DNA of 64,000 nucleotides. Origin: Octopus bimaculoides. Its lineage: Eukaryota. Below the pieces are notes generated by a model. The model did not search any database and was not told where the DNA came from. It was given only the letters and a program-made list of their open reading frames with translations. The position numbers and the translations under genes were made by a program. Below are positions 1 to 12,757 of this stretch, piece by piece. Position 1 is the stretch's first letter, and each line of letters starts with the position of its first letter. The stretch is from NCBI RefSeq assembly GCF_001194135.2, contig NC_068990.1, positions 16,044,650-16,108,649 of the forward strand, written 5' to 3'.

Positions 1-249
1 GGCTTGTGCGGGTGGCACATAAAAGACACCATTTCGAGCGTGGCCGTTTTCGTGCGGGTGACACGTAAAAGCACCCACTACACTCTCTGAGTGGTTGGCG
101 TTAGGAAGGGCATCCAGCTGTAGAAACTCTGCCAAATCAGACTGGAGCCTGGTGTTGCCATCCGGTTTCACCAGTCCTCAGTCAAATCGTCCAACCCATG
201 CTAGCATGGAAAGCGGACGTTAAACGATGATGATGATGATGATGATGAT
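1..249 (+). mobile_element. Family A SINE-like retroposon, 3' part with (GAT)n tail; cut by window start
   Basis: Identical by eye over ~227 nt to the reverse complement of 9919-10233 and near-identical to 25286-25579. Ends GGAAAGCGGACGTTAAAC(GAT)n. Confidence 0.85.
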
Positions 250-774
250 ACAATAATTTTAAGTTAACTTTTATTAAATTTCTTATTGATGAAATGAATA
301 CAAATTTTCGAAAGAAAAATATTTATTACCTTAAAATATAATTCAATAAAACAAATTTCTCATTTGTATATTTGCAATAAATATGCAGTTTATTTTTCTG
401 AATTTTATCAACATAATCATAGTTTATGCCATTGAAAACCTGTCTCTGCAAAATTTGAACCCCACCCCAAACTACTATTATATCCTCCTCCTCCTCCTCC
501 TCCTCCTCTCTCTAAGATGCTTTCATGCATGTGTGTGTGTGTGTGTAGTGTTCCTTTACTCATTGTCTGCCACCAAGCCTAGTATGAGCACTCATTCTGC
601 ACTTCTAATGTTAATTGTCTCTGTATTCCTCTTTTCTTCTTCCTCTCTCTATATGATGTAAAGTGTGACTGGAGAAATCATTCAACCAGCCAACCAACCA
701 ACCAACCAACATTAATATCAACCTTTATTATAGAGAGAATATATTTATTAAGATTCAGATTTTAAATTTTTCTG

Positions 775-1150
775 CTAGGTTACTTGGATTGGCAGAATTG
801 TTAGAGAATTGAACAAAAATGCTTAAGTTCAAATCTTGTGAAAGTCAACTTTGCCTTTTGTCCTCAGGTGTCTTTTGTTAAATTAAATACTAGTTAATCA
901 ATGTGAACAATTTAATCTACAAAATGCTACCCTTAAATTTCTTGGTTTTGTTTTTGCTTATATTAAAGATAATTATTATAATTCTTAACCTTACCAAAGA
1001 TGGTTAGCTGGAAGAATTGTTAGTGCATTGGCAAAACTGTTTTTGAGGTATTTCTTCCAACTCTCTACATTCTGAGTTCAAATCTGGCTCAGGTCAATGT
1101 TGCCTATTATCGTTGTTAATCTTGTGCTTAAATCAGAAACAATTATTAGC
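775..1150 (+). mobile_element. Two degenerate tandem family C (tRNA-headed) SINE cores
   Basis: Repeats of the GCAGAATTGTTAG...AAATGCTTA...GAGTTCAAAT...GTCAACTTTGCCTTT motif seen in better copies at 2069 and 57249. Confidence 0.55.
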
Positions 1151-1451
1151 CTTTCCAGAGACTGGACAGAGAGGTCTTTGGTTTTGCTTGTGCCATCTAT
1201 ATGAGAAAGAAAAAAATAAAAGAAATAAAGTAGAAAACTCAACAAAGAAGTCATTACAGGGTCACTTGGTTTACTAGAAACAATAGCCAGATCTCCCTCA
1301 AATCACAACTTACTGTTTGAAAAAGAAAATAGAGAAGTACATGCTGACTCCTGTTCTATAAATGTCATGCTTGAAAAATCAGTTGGGTGATCATGGCTGG
1401 AACATCTTTCATCGCAAATTCTGCTGGACTAGTTTTGACCTTGGGCAAAAC

Positions 1452-1700
1452 ATCATCATCACCATTTAATGTCTGTTTTCCATGCTGGCATGGGTTCGAT
1501 TGTCTGACAGGAGCTGGAGAGCTGCACTGGGCTCTTATTGTCTGTTTTGGCATGATTTCTATAGCTGGGTGCCCTTCCTAATACCAACCACTTTACAAAT
1601 GTACTAGGTACTTTTTATGGGGCACCAGCATAAGTGCTTTATACATGACATTGGCACAGGTGCTTTTTACCTGACACTAACTAGCACAGGCACATCTTAT
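1452..1700 (-). mobile_element. Old family A tail copy
   Basis: (ATC)n followed by diverged TTTAATGTC...CCATGCTGGCATGGGTT...TAGCTGGGTGCCCTTCCTAATACCAACCAC. Confidence 0.6.
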
Positions 1701-2068
1701 GTGGCACTACCATGTAAAAATTAAAACAATAATAAAAACCCAACACATTATCTGTTTACTCCTTTTGTACTTTCATTTATTAATCCAAGTTAGATTCTGT
1801 AGTAAAAAAAAAAGAAGTAAAGAAATGCAATCTTCATTTCTGTGAAAATATAAAACAAGTTTTTGCAAGTGAAAGATGCTAAAAATCTCTCTTTGAAAGT
1901 CCCACACTTAACTGCAGCCGTCCAGAACTTTTATTCTTGTCATGGAAAGGAAATGTATTAATTTAATATTCTTTTCAGTTAAATATTTTCAAATTCATTT
2001 TTATAACTTCTTAGGAATGTTTCCTGTTTTAATATTTCAACATTCTCATTAATATTAATGCTGTGAAA

Positions 2069-2545
2069 AGTGGTGAGCTGACAGAATTGTTGCCATGCCA
2101 GGAAAAATGCTTAGCAGCATTTTGTCTGTCTTTACATTCTTAGTTCAAACTCTGCCAAGGTTGAATTTGCCTTTCATCCTTTCGGAATTGATGAAATGGT
2201 TACCAGTTGAACACTGGGGTCGACATAATCAACTAACCCGCTTCCCAAAAATCTTAGGCCTTGTGCCTATAGTAGAAAGAAATATTAAGGTGCATGGAAA
2301 GCGGACGTTAAACGATGATGATGATGATGATGATGCAAGCTGACAAAATTGCCAGCATGCTGGGCTAGGGGCTTAATGGCATTTCATCAGCCTTTACACT
2401 CTGAGTTCAAATTCTGTTGAGGTCAGCTTTGCCTTTCATCCTTCCAGGGTTGTTGAAATAAGGACCAGTTGAGTACTGGGGTCAATGTAATTGATTTTTT
2501 CCCTTCCCTTGAAATTTCTGGCCTTATGCCAAAATTTGAAACCAA
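2069..2545 (+). mobile_element. Two tandem family C SINEs separated by a short family A tail fragment
   Basis: GTGGTGAGCTGACAGAATTGTT head and TTTGCCTTTCATCCTT core occur twice; GCATGGAAAGCGGACGTTAAAC(GAT)n lies at ~2291-2336. Confidence 0.7.
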
Positions 2546-2749
2546 CATTATTATTATTGTTGTTTAGGGATTGATTTATTTCTCTGCCAATCTTTCTAAT
2601 TAAGACTGTTTATAATGCAACTAATTTGTAATATGTTTCAAGAAGTGTGGTAGTATGACTATTATTTCATTTGTAGGCTTTTCAAAGTTACTTTAACAAC
2701 TTCATTAAAGTTAAAACAAAAATGTTATTATTAAAAAAAAAAATGCATG

Positions 2750-2920
2750 AGTGTGTATAGGTGCAGATGTGGGTGTGTGGTGAGAAGTTTGCTTTGCAAT
2801 CACATGGTTCTATGATGCCTTGGGCAAGTGTCTTCTGCTATAGCCTTGTGCTGACCAAAGCCTTGTGAGTAGATTTTGTAGACAGAAACTAAAAGAAGCC
2901 TCTCGTATATGTATGTATGT
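2750..2920 (+). mobile_element. Family B bipartite SINE, left half
   Basis: GTGTGGTGAGAAGTTTGCTT...CCTTGGGCAAGTGTCTTCT...GACCAAAGCCTTGTGAGT, shared with many copies in the window. Confidence 0.7.
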
Positions 2921-3240
2921 ATGAGGTGGGACGCTAAAAAGTCCCTGGCTTTGGGTAAAAGAAAATACAAGCCATAACAGTTATTGACCTCTGTAGTCTG
3001 GGAGATTCTGCAACAGGCTATGGACACTGTGTCTTGTCTTAAGACTAAATGATAATTAAAAATACAAGAAATGTACTGTCAGATCGTAAACATTATCATT
3101 TTGATTTATGACTACAAAAGGATTCACAGGGCTTCTGACAAATTTTCTAAGGCAGAATGAAGTTGTTTTATTTTCCTCCCTCTGGGAAGGGACTAGCTCT
3201 CCTCCCTGCCATCAGAAATTCATGAAGCTTCTCCTCAGAT

Positions 3241-3424
3241 CTCTAGGTTTCTCCTTGTATCTCCAGCCCTCTTACTGAAACTCCAGTACCCTCCATGAGT
3301 CTCCAGCCTCTCATTGAATCTCCGGTTCCCTCATTGGAATTCCATGACCTTCTTTGAATCTTCAGACCCTTCCTTGTGTCTACAGACCCATCCATAGATC
3401 TCCATACCTCTCTCTGAGGATCCA
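3241..3424. repeat. Degenerate 19-20-bp minisatellite, about 9 units
   Basis: Units such as CTCCAGCCCTCTTACTGAAA, CTCCAGTACCCTCCATGAGT and CTTCAGACCCTTCCTTGTGT. Confidence 0.7.
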
Positions 3425-3483
3425 AATTCTGTATTGAGCATTAGCAAAACACTTTGCCGTTTGACAGTGCTGCTGCTGTTTAC

Positions 3484-3585
3484 CACAATAGTCCTTTCCG
3501 TTCCATGTGATGTGTTGTTCCAAATTCCCTTCTCATAGAAATAAGATGAAATGTCACATCTGGAATACCTTTGATCATGGGTCTC
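3484..3585 (-). CDS. Candidate exon (RPMIKGIPDVTFHLISMRREFGTTHHMERKGLLW), unidentified
   Basis: AG/GT-bounded, 102 nt, phase 2-2, open frame; phase-compatible with 4885-5033. No recognised homology. Confidence 0.15.
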
Positions 3586-3610
3586 CTTGGTAAAAGTTGA
3601 CATGGGGTTA

Positions 3611-3800
3611 AACAACAACAATAACATTATCAGCAATGTCAACAGTACCAACATTAATAACAACAACAGTAAGATTAACAACATCAACACCAGCAATAAC
3701 ATCAACAACAACAGTAATAACATCACTCATAGCGACAGCGACAACAACAAAAACAAAACCAGCAGCAACATCATCATCATCATCGTCATCAACAACAAGA
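3611..3800. repeat. (AAC/ATC)-rich low-complexity tract
   Basis: Imperfect trinucleotide runs that explain the poly-N/T/L/V ORFs here. Confidence 0.85.
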
Positions 3801-4884
3801 GACACAGTAAACTTTTTGTCTTTGTCATGATGTGAAAGCCAAGAGTTGTAATGTATGACAGCTGCTGTTTAGAAATGTTAATGTCCTGTCAAAGATTGCA
3901 CCTTCCATAGTGTGTGTGTGTGTGTGTGTGTGTGTGTAAGTGTGTGTGAGAGTGTGTGTGCACATGCGCGCGTGTGTGTGTGTGTGTGTGTTTCAGTGTT
4001 TGTATGTATGTTCTTGTGTGTATATGCTTGTGTGTATTTGTCTGTATTTGAGTGAGCATTTATGTGCGTGTGTGTACATGTGTTTCTGAGTGTCAATGGT
4101 TGTATGTATATTTCTGCATGTATTATGTGTGTGTATGTGTCACAGTCACACGTAAGGACAAACACACACTCGCAAATATGTTTACATGTACTTTAAAATT
4201 ACACATTCAGTGTTATTCACACAAACACATAAACACACATACAGACACATGCACACATACACAGGTTCACATGTCTTACGTAAGCACATACACACACAAG
4301 CGTGTACACACACATACACACACACACAAACATGAGTGCACACACACACACAAACATGAGTGCACACACACAAGTTCACAGACTCCTTACATACTCAGAC
4401 GTTACAACATTCACATAGGCACAAACAAATTAGCTCATGCATAAAAGCATACACAGACAGCAGAATTGGAAAAATTGTTAGTACTGGACAAGATGCTCTA
4501 CACTATTTGTTCCCACTCTCTGTTCTCTGCATCTTGAGTTCAAACCCAGTTGGAGTCAACTTACCTGTCATCCTTTCAGGATCAATAAAAAAAGAACACC
4601 AATCCAAGGCAGTGGATTAGTAGAACTGTAACAATGTGGGACCAAATACCTTGTTGTGTTTGTTGCAGCTCCTTGAATGGCATGGCTAGAATGTGTGCCA
4701 TCTGGGCAGCCATAAAGTTTTCCATCACTCACCAGGAATCCTCACCAAGCCTATACAAGTTTACACAGTATCACCTGTGATGGACTGCTCTTTATATTCT
4801 ATGGTTCAAATCCCACCATAGACTAGATGGGTGTAGGCTTAACTCATCACCTATTTTAACATCACCACCTGACACTTTAGGTAC

Positions 4885-5033
4885 CTTGGTACTTTTAGCA
4901 GAGTGCATCCTGTTGCAAAATTTTGGACCAAGTCTCCAATCTGAGGATATTGTTCTTCATCCCTCTTTCCCTGCCTCCCACCAGTCTTGGAGGCCCTGGT
5001 CCTATAATTGTTCATGGGGCTCTGACTTCTTTC
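4885..5033 (-). CDS. Candidate exon or transposase relic (ERSQSPMNNYRTRASKTGGRQGKRDEEQYPQIGDLVQNFATGCTLLKVP)
   Basis: Pyrimidine-rich acceptor TCTTTTATGTTTTGGTCAG and donor AAG|GTACCT; only one frame is open. No recognised homology. Confidence 0.15.
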
Positions 5034-5075
5034 CTGACCAAAACATAAAAGATAAGAGCAGCAAAACATACACAT

Positions 5076-5135
<60 letters not shown>

Positions 5136-5188
5136 NNNNNNNNNNNNNNNNNNNNNNNNNNNNNNNNNNNNNNNNNNNNNNNNNNNNN

Positions 5189-5234
<46 letters not shown>

Positions 5235-6074
5235 GAAGATTTAACATAAACAAGCATAAAATCGGCATAAAACAACAATGCATACACTTTTATACTATAC
5301 ACATACATACAGACACACAAACACTCACAAGTATTCACACAAGTACATGTACACACACATGCACAAACACACACCCATACACACACACACAGAGAAAGAC
5401 ATTAACACATGCTCTTACACAATACAGACACACACGTCAAAACACATTTACACGTTCTCTTACACACATGCACACACACACACACATATGCACACAGACA
5501 CAGAGAAAACTCCCTATATCACACATAAACATGCATACGTACATACAAACACATACACAACTACTCATACAAACACATACACAACTACACATACACATTC
5601 ACACATATATACACCATAATACATACGAACGCAGATGTGAACCAAATCGCAAGTCCATCTTTCTTAAAGTTGTTGTTATTGTCTCTGGTATCAACTCTTA
5701 AACTGGAAATGGTTTTTCAGCAATTACATTATATCGACTGTCAAATTATTCTAACATTCTTCATTCCCCCTTCAGATGGCTTTCCATATTTTTATTTCTT
5801 TACAACTGCTTTACCTCTTTCGTTCTTCCTTCATTACTTCTTTCTTTTGTTCTTGCTTTCTTTCTTTCTTCCTTTCTTTCTTCCATTTGCTATTTCTTTT
5901 TCTTTTTTCTTATTTCAAATTTTTCTTTTACAAAAGAATGCTCTATGATATTTTGAGTGTATTTATTAATGGGTACATATGTGCACTTATGTGTATATGT
6001 GTGTATTTAGATACAAACACATACACATACATAAATGCACATGCTCTAATATATACATGCACAACTTGTGCTAA

Positions 6075-6112
<38 letters not shown>

Positions 6113-7041
6113 NNNNNNNNNNNNNNNNNNNNNNNNNNNNNNNNNNNNNNNNNNNNNNNNNNNNNNNNNNNNNNNNNNNNNNNNNNNNNNNNNNNNNNNN
6201 NNNNNNNNNNNNNNNNNNNNNNNNNNNNNNNNNNNNNNNNNNNNNNNNNNNNNNNNNNNNNNNNNNNNNNNNNNNNNNNNNNNNNNNNNNNNNNNNNNNN
6301 NNNNNNNNNNNNNNNNNNNNNNNNNNNNNNNNNNNNNNNNNNNNNNNNNNNNNNNNNNNNNNNNNNNNNNNNNNNNNNNNNNNNNNNNNNNNNNNNNNNN
6401 NNNNNNNNNNNNNNNNNNNNNNNNNNNNNNNNNNNNNNNNNNNNNNNNNNNNNNNNNNNNNNNNNNNNNNNNNNNNNNNNNNNNNNNNNNNNNNNNNNNN
6501 NNNNNNNNNNNNNNNNNNNNNNNNNNNNNNNNNNNNNNNNNNNNNNNNNNNNNNNNNNNNNNNNNNNNNNNNNNNNNNNNNNNNNNNNNNNNNNNNNNNN
6601 NNNNNNNNNNNNNNNNNNNNNNNNNNNNNNNNNNNNNNNNNNNNNNNNNNNNNNNNNNNNNNNNNNNNNNNNNNNNNNNNNNNNNNNNNNNNNNNNNNNN
6701 NNNNNNNNNNNNNNNNNNNNNNNNNNNNNNNNNNNNNNNNNNNNNNNNNNNNNATATATATATATATATATATATAGGTATATGATAGGATTGCTTCAAT
6801 ATTTCGGGGGTAGTCTGAAGTATCTAAGCAACCAGGAGATAGTTAAATCTGAAGGCACTCCTGGAGATTACTTGTGTGGGTACCGTCTTTGTTAGAAGGT
6901 ATCCAGAGGCAGGTAATTTATTGTTTAAACCGCAGTTTATAATTATAATTAAGTGGAGAATGGAGAAACAAACACAAGAAGAAGCAAGTCGATTGGGCTA
7001 GTTAAACGTTGATTTAATTATGTGGAGATTATATAATGAGT

Positions 7042-7093
7042 CATTTACGATCGTTTCGATGTGCCAAATGGTTTAGCAGATCTCTTCAGAATG
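7042..7093 (-). ncRNA. Type I minimal hammerhead ribozyme (Penelope-like element type)
   Basis: Minus-strand RNA: CAUU CUGAAGA GAU-C-UGCUAAA CCA UUUGGCA-C-AUC GAAA CGAUCG UA^AAUG. Core CUGANGA/GAAA/GUA is intact, stem I is CAUU/AAUG, stem II has 10 pairs, and stem III is the palindrome ACGAUCGU. Confidence 0.75.
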
Positions 7094-7175
7094 TTGAGAA
7101 GTATATTAAAGTTCATGGTGTGAGAGATGCAGGAATAACAGTTAGTGGACAATTGTGAACCTGGTGTGTGTGTGT

Positions 7176-7206
<31 letters not shown>

Positions 7207-7561
7207 AATGTATACGTAAATCTGTATATCTCTTGGGTCTTCTCACCCTCAAACTGCATTATATTATTATATATGTGGGTCTGAATGTGACCAAATCTAT
7301 GTATTTAACTGCTTCCCCAACTAAATATACGCTTCATTTTAATGACTCTGAACAAGCTATGAGATGTTGCACAAGCAATCAGTTCCCAGTGTGCTTCTTC
7401 ATCACTTCTTTATATAGCAGAAACAGCTGTGCTGTAAGCTAATGAAGGTGGTTACATACCTCTTGTTCTTTTCTCATTTATTAATTGATATCATGTTCTG
7501 TACCCTCTTGAGGATTGTGTGTCCTAACAACTGGTCATTAGCATTGCTATCCAAAATCATA

Positions 7562-7611
<50 letters not shown>

Positions 7612-7617
<6 letters not shown>

Positions 7618-7995
7618 TTGTGTGTCTGTGTTTGTCTCCCCACTACCATTGCTGGACAACCGAAGTTGGCGTGTTTACGTCCCCATAACTTAGTGGTTCG
7701 GCAAAAGATACTGATAGAATAAGTACTAAGCTTACAAAGATTAAGTCCTGGAGGTTGATTTATTTGACTAAAGACAGTGCTCCAGCAATGGCTACAGTCA
7801 AATGACTGAAACAAGTAAAAGAAATGAAATATATGTCGGAGTGGCTGTGTGTTAAGTAGCTTGCTTACCAACCACATGGTTCTGGGTTCAGTCCGACTGC
7901 ATGGCACCTTGGGCAAGTGTCTTCTACTAAGCCTCAGGCTGACCAAAGCCTTGTGAGTGGATTTGGTAGACGGAAACTGAAAGAAGCTCGTCATA
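7612..7995 (+). mobile_element. Family B SINE right half followed by a family B left half
   Basis: TGTTTGTCTCCC...GACAACCGAAGTTGG...AATGACTGAAACAAGTAAAAGA, then GGAGTGGCTGTGTGTTAAGTAGCTTGCTTACC...GAAAGAAGCTCGTC(TA)n. Confidence 0.8.
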
Positions 7996-8328
7996 TATAT
8001 ATGTATATATATATATATATANNNNNNNNNNNNNNNNNNNNNNNNNNNNNNNNNNNNNNNNNNNNNNNNNNNNNNNNNNNNNNNNNNNNNNNNNNNNNNN
8101 NNNNNNNACAAATAAAAAGAATAAAAGAATATAGATGTACGTCTACATATATCCATCTCTTTCTTTCTCACTCTCTTTCTATGTGTGTGTGTGTGTGTGT
8201 ACAGAGAATGAGAGACAGAGAGAAAGAAAGAAAGGGATATATATAGACATGGACGTTAAATGATATGTATTGTATGTGTGTATATATATATATATATACA
8301 CACACACATGCCCACACTCACACACATG

Positions 8329-8384
<56 letters not shown>

Positions 8385-8954
8385 CATACACATACATATA
8401 TAACAACTGTTTGCTGTTCTAGTTGTCACAGGATTACCACTGGAACCAATTCCATCTAAAATTTCATATGTGGGTAGTGGTGGTGGTAGTGGTGTTGAGT
8501 TGTAGAGCTTCAGGCAGAGGAGGAATCGGTGAGTTTATTTTGACAGCTGTTGAGATTATTGCAGACCACTGTGGCTACAATACACTCGTTTCTCTCAACA
8601 TTTGGTTCCAATAAATGTTCGAGGAAGGATGCCGTTTAATAACACGCACACATGTATACACACATACTTAATGCATGCTCACATACACAAATACGTGTGC
8701 ACATACATGTAAATAAGTACATGTACCCATGCTAATGCAGTCAGTAGCATGCATGCATATGCACTCATATATGTACGTAATTGTGCATGCACATATATTT
8801 ATTTGGATAGATATTTTGTATGTATGTATGTATGTATGTATGTATGTATTTATGTATGTATGAAAGTATGTGTGAATGTATATATGCATGCATGTACATA
8901 TGTATTTTGATACATACAAATGTATGCATATATATAAATGCATATATGTGTATT

Positions 8955-9285
8955 TCATCTTTTACTTGTTTCAGTCATTAGACTACAGCCATACTGGAGC
9001 ACTGCCTTGAAGAATTTTTAGTCAAATGAATCAACCCCAGTACTAGTTATGGGGACATAAACACACCAACACTGGCTATCAAGTGGTGGTGGTGGGGCAA
9101 ATACAAACTGAAAGATACACACATATACACACACATGTGCACATGCACATGTATATGCAACAGGTTTCTTTCAGTCTACGAAATCCACTCGCATTGCTTT
9201 TGATGTGCCCAAGGCTGTAGTAAAAGACACATGTCTAAGGTGTCATGCAGTGAGACTGAACCCGGAACCCTGTTGTAAGAACCAT
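8955..9285 (-). mobile_element. Family B SINE, internally deleted
   Basis: Both halves present in reverse orientation around a (CA/TA) tract. Confidence 0.7.
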
Positions 9286-9299
9286 TGTTAAGAAGCTTT

Positions 9300-9655
9300 A
9301 TTAAATTTTTACAAGAAGAGTGGTGAGAGTAACTGTGAGGTTTCGTCTTGTTTCATAAAGGCTAGCAGGTCAAAACTTTAACCCTTTCATTACTGTATTT
9401 ATTTTGAGATGCTCTGTGTGTCTTTCAATTAATTTTAAATATAACAAAGAATTTAGTAAAATAACTTATTTATCATTCAGCTAGTGTTAGGAACATAAAT
9501 TGTGAGTAAGGTTTAGTGGAAAATCATAATTCAAAACTTATGAAAACAAAACATTTGTCCTACAAAACCAGAGACAGTTTCAGCCAGGTTGGTATTGAAA
9601 GGATTAAAGTCACTGTCATCACTCTTCTTGTAAAAGTACAGTAAATATGTACTCT
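9300..9655. mobile_element. Foldback MITE interrupted by a piggyBac-type MITE
   Basis: Arms TTTTACAAGAAGAGTG...  /  ...CACTCTTCTTGTAAAA; a related uninterrupted copy is at 14403-14550. Confidence 0.5.
9382..9603. mobile_element. piggyBac-type MITE (222 bp)
   Basis: TTAA|CCCTTTCATTAC ... GTATTGAAAGGA|TTAA: TTAA on both sides with short imperfect terminal inverted repeats (TIRs). Confidence 0.7.
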
Positions 9656-9918
9656 ACAAAAGGTAATGTGCAATTGCAGCACGCAAGACATGAGTTAACT
9701 ATTCAGAAACATTCAAAGGTCGTTAACTTCACTTAAACAGTTATATGTGACTAGAGTACTTCAGACACCAATAATGATAGAGGTTTTATTGAAAAATAAA
9801 TATGAAGAATGAGAATATGAGGATTTAAATAAACTGCCAAAACAACAGGAAAATAAGAAAATTATACTTATCATTCTCCAAATGGTATATAAATTTGATG
9901 ATTTTTAATATGTACTAT

Positions 9919-10233
9919 ATCATCATCATCATCATCATCATCGTTTAACGTCCGCTTTCCATGCTAGCATGGGTTGGACGATTTGACTGAGGACTGGTGA
10001 AACCGGATGGCAACACCAGGCTCCAGTCTGATTTGGCAGAGTTTCTACAGCTGGATGCCCTTCCTAACGCCAACCACTCAGAGAGTGTAGTGGGTGCTTT
10101 TACGTGTCACCCGCACGAAAACGGCCACGCTCGAAATGGTGTCTTTTATGTGCCACCCGCACAAGCCAGTCCAGGGGCACTGGCAACGATCTCACTCGGA
10201 AATCCTACAGGAGCCAGTCAGGCGGTACTGGCG
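9919..10233 (-). mobile_element. Family A SINE-like retroposon, 5'-truncated young copy
   Basis: Reverse complement matches 1-249 and 25286-25579; (ATC)n tail at the left end. Confidence 0.85.
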
Positions 10234-10952
10234 TTGTAGTCAATGATTCACTTGTTATTCTACATTATGTTATTTTCTACAAACAGGTTATATACATTCT
10301 CTAAAGATTTTGAAGGAACAGTAGATTTGATTTATGTAAAAAAAACTGTGCATTTACAACATATTTGACACATTCTGTGCAAAAGCCACAAATGTACATA
10401 ATAAGCATTATTATTCACATTCACTTCAAAGTTCCTGAAGAAGAATATTTCTTGTATAGACAAGAGACAAGAGGAGGCACCAACATATCTTAATGTTCTT
10501 AAATTTCAATCTGTAATTTCAAATCCTTTCTGTTGTTTGTCTGTTTAATCACTATGTGTAAGTCTTATAAAGTGGAACAAATTTCATAGCTTCAAATGTT
10601 TACGTGTAGAAAAAATAAAGAATATATAGAAAGACATGTAGCATATTATATATACTGATATGCTACCAAAATTTTTGTCACTCAAAACTATCCCGTTCAC
10701 TGACAGTCGAAGATTTGAAAAACGAAAATTTTAACACCATATTACAAATAAATGTTTGAGTGAAGTTGACAGTCTTCGTGTGTTTCTGAATGGCTAACTT
10801 AAATCTTTCACACTGCAAACACTTTTGTTTCAGTACACAATCTCAGATCAAAACATTTACTATGCAAGTGTATCTCTGTAAAAAGTATTGAATAATCCTT
10901 CAATTTAAGGTAAAATTTTTTATATTATAACTTGACAAAAAATAAAAAGACA

Positions 10953-10984
<32 letters not shown>

Positions 10985-12559
10985 NNNNNNNNNNNNNNNN
11001 NNNNNNNNNNNNNNNNNNNNNNNNNNNNNNNNNNNNNNNNNNNNNNNNNNNNNNNNNNNNNNNNNNNNNNNNNNNNNNNNNNNNNNNNNNNNNNNNNNNN
11101 NNNNNNNNNNNNNNNNNNNNNNNNNNNNNNNNNNNNNNNNNNNNNNNNNNNNNNNNNNNNNNNNNNNNNNNNNNNNNNNNNNNNNNNNNNNNNNNNNNNN
11201 NNNNNNNNNNNNNNNNNNNNNNNNNNNNNNNNNNNNNNNNNNNNNNNNNNNNNNNNNNNNNNNNNNNNNNNNNNNNNNNNNNNNNNNNNNNNNNNNNNNN
11301 NNNNNNNNNNNNNNNNNNNNNNNNNNNNNNNNNNNNNNNNNNNNNNNNNNNNNNNNNNNNNNNNNNNNNNNNNNNNNNNNNNNNNNNNNNNNNNNNNNNN
11401 NNNNNNNNNNNNNNNNNNNNNNNNNNNNNNNNNNNNNNNNNNNNNNNNNNNNNNNNNNNNNNNNNNNNNNNNNNNNNNNNNNNNNNNNNNNNNNNNNNNN
11501 NNNNNNATATATATATATATACGACGGCTTCTTTCAGTTTCTGTCTACCAAATCCACTCACAAGGCTTTGGTCAGCCTGAGGCCGTAGTAGAAGACACTT
11601 GCCTATGGTGCCATGCAGTGAGACTGAACTTGGAACCATGTGGTTGGGAAGCAAGCTTCTTATTGCACAATGGATGTTAAATAATGATGATGATGGTAGT
11701 AGAAAAAGACAATATCTCAATAACCAATATCAGTTTAACTTTCCAGTAAATGCAGGGCTACAGAAAATGAACCCAATGAGCAATCCTTCTCACTCAATCT
11801 GCTTGAAATAGAAGCTAAATTTCTCTCAAATAGCCCTTTGGAAAACATGATATGTTGGATTATCTAGACACGGGGTACAGTCTGTTGTTGTTGATGGTGG
11901 TGTTGGTCAGTGACAATGAGATGGTCACAGTTGACAATCCTTTGAATCACATATGACTGCTTGATCAGAGCTAACCTGGGGCTAAATATACAACAACAAC
12001 AACTACAGATGTATATCTGCGGTGGGGTTGTATGTGTTAAAGAGAAACAGATTTACTGGGGATTGAACCTGATGTCAGAGACTCAGTGGAAGAAAGAAAC
12101 TTGAACACACACACACACACACTTACATGCTCTCACTCAAACTTCCATGCATACACAGTAACATACACATACATACTCACACATACATACTCACACACAC
12201 ACACACAAATAGTCACACATGTACACACCCCACACATGCATCCCCCCACACATGCACCCCCCCACACATGCACCCCCCACACATGCACACACACACACAG
12301 ACAATACTGCGCATGCATTTGCTTATAGTTCAAGTAGGATTAATACAGACACATCAACTTGTTGGTTGGTTGGCTGGTTGGTTTAATAGCCTGAATCGAA
12401 GTTTTATTTTGTGTTAATGGTGCATGAGTTTCTTATTTTATTTACTATAAAAGAAAATTGAAAAAAGAAAGACAAAAAAGAGAAATGTGAGAAAGAAAGA
12501 AAAAGGGAAGAATAAATGTACATAAATAGGAATTTATTTAGAATTTTATAATGAAAATG

Positions 12560-12590
<31 letters not shown>

Positions 12591-12719
12591 ATATATATAT
12601 ATATATATATGCATATGTACTTGCATATATACATATACATGCATACATACACACATACATACATACATATATACTCATTCTTATGTATATATGTGTATGT
12701 ACACATACCTACACATGTG

Positions 12720-12757
<38 letters not shown>

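Noticed and set aside
3241-3424. CRISPR-like periodicity
   Set aside because: Contiguous degenerate 19-20-bp units without constant repeats and unique spacers; eukaryotic context with no cas genes.
9988-10010. CTGAGGA…GAAAC hammerhead-like words in family A copies
   Set aside because: Only 5 nt separate the two motifs, so no stem II can form; the segment folds as a simple hairpin.
9997-10304. 80-aa ORF MKPDGNTRLQSDLAEFLQLD…, repeated at 25274-25513
   Set aside because: Antisense reading of the family A SINE; it recurs only because the copies are near-identical.
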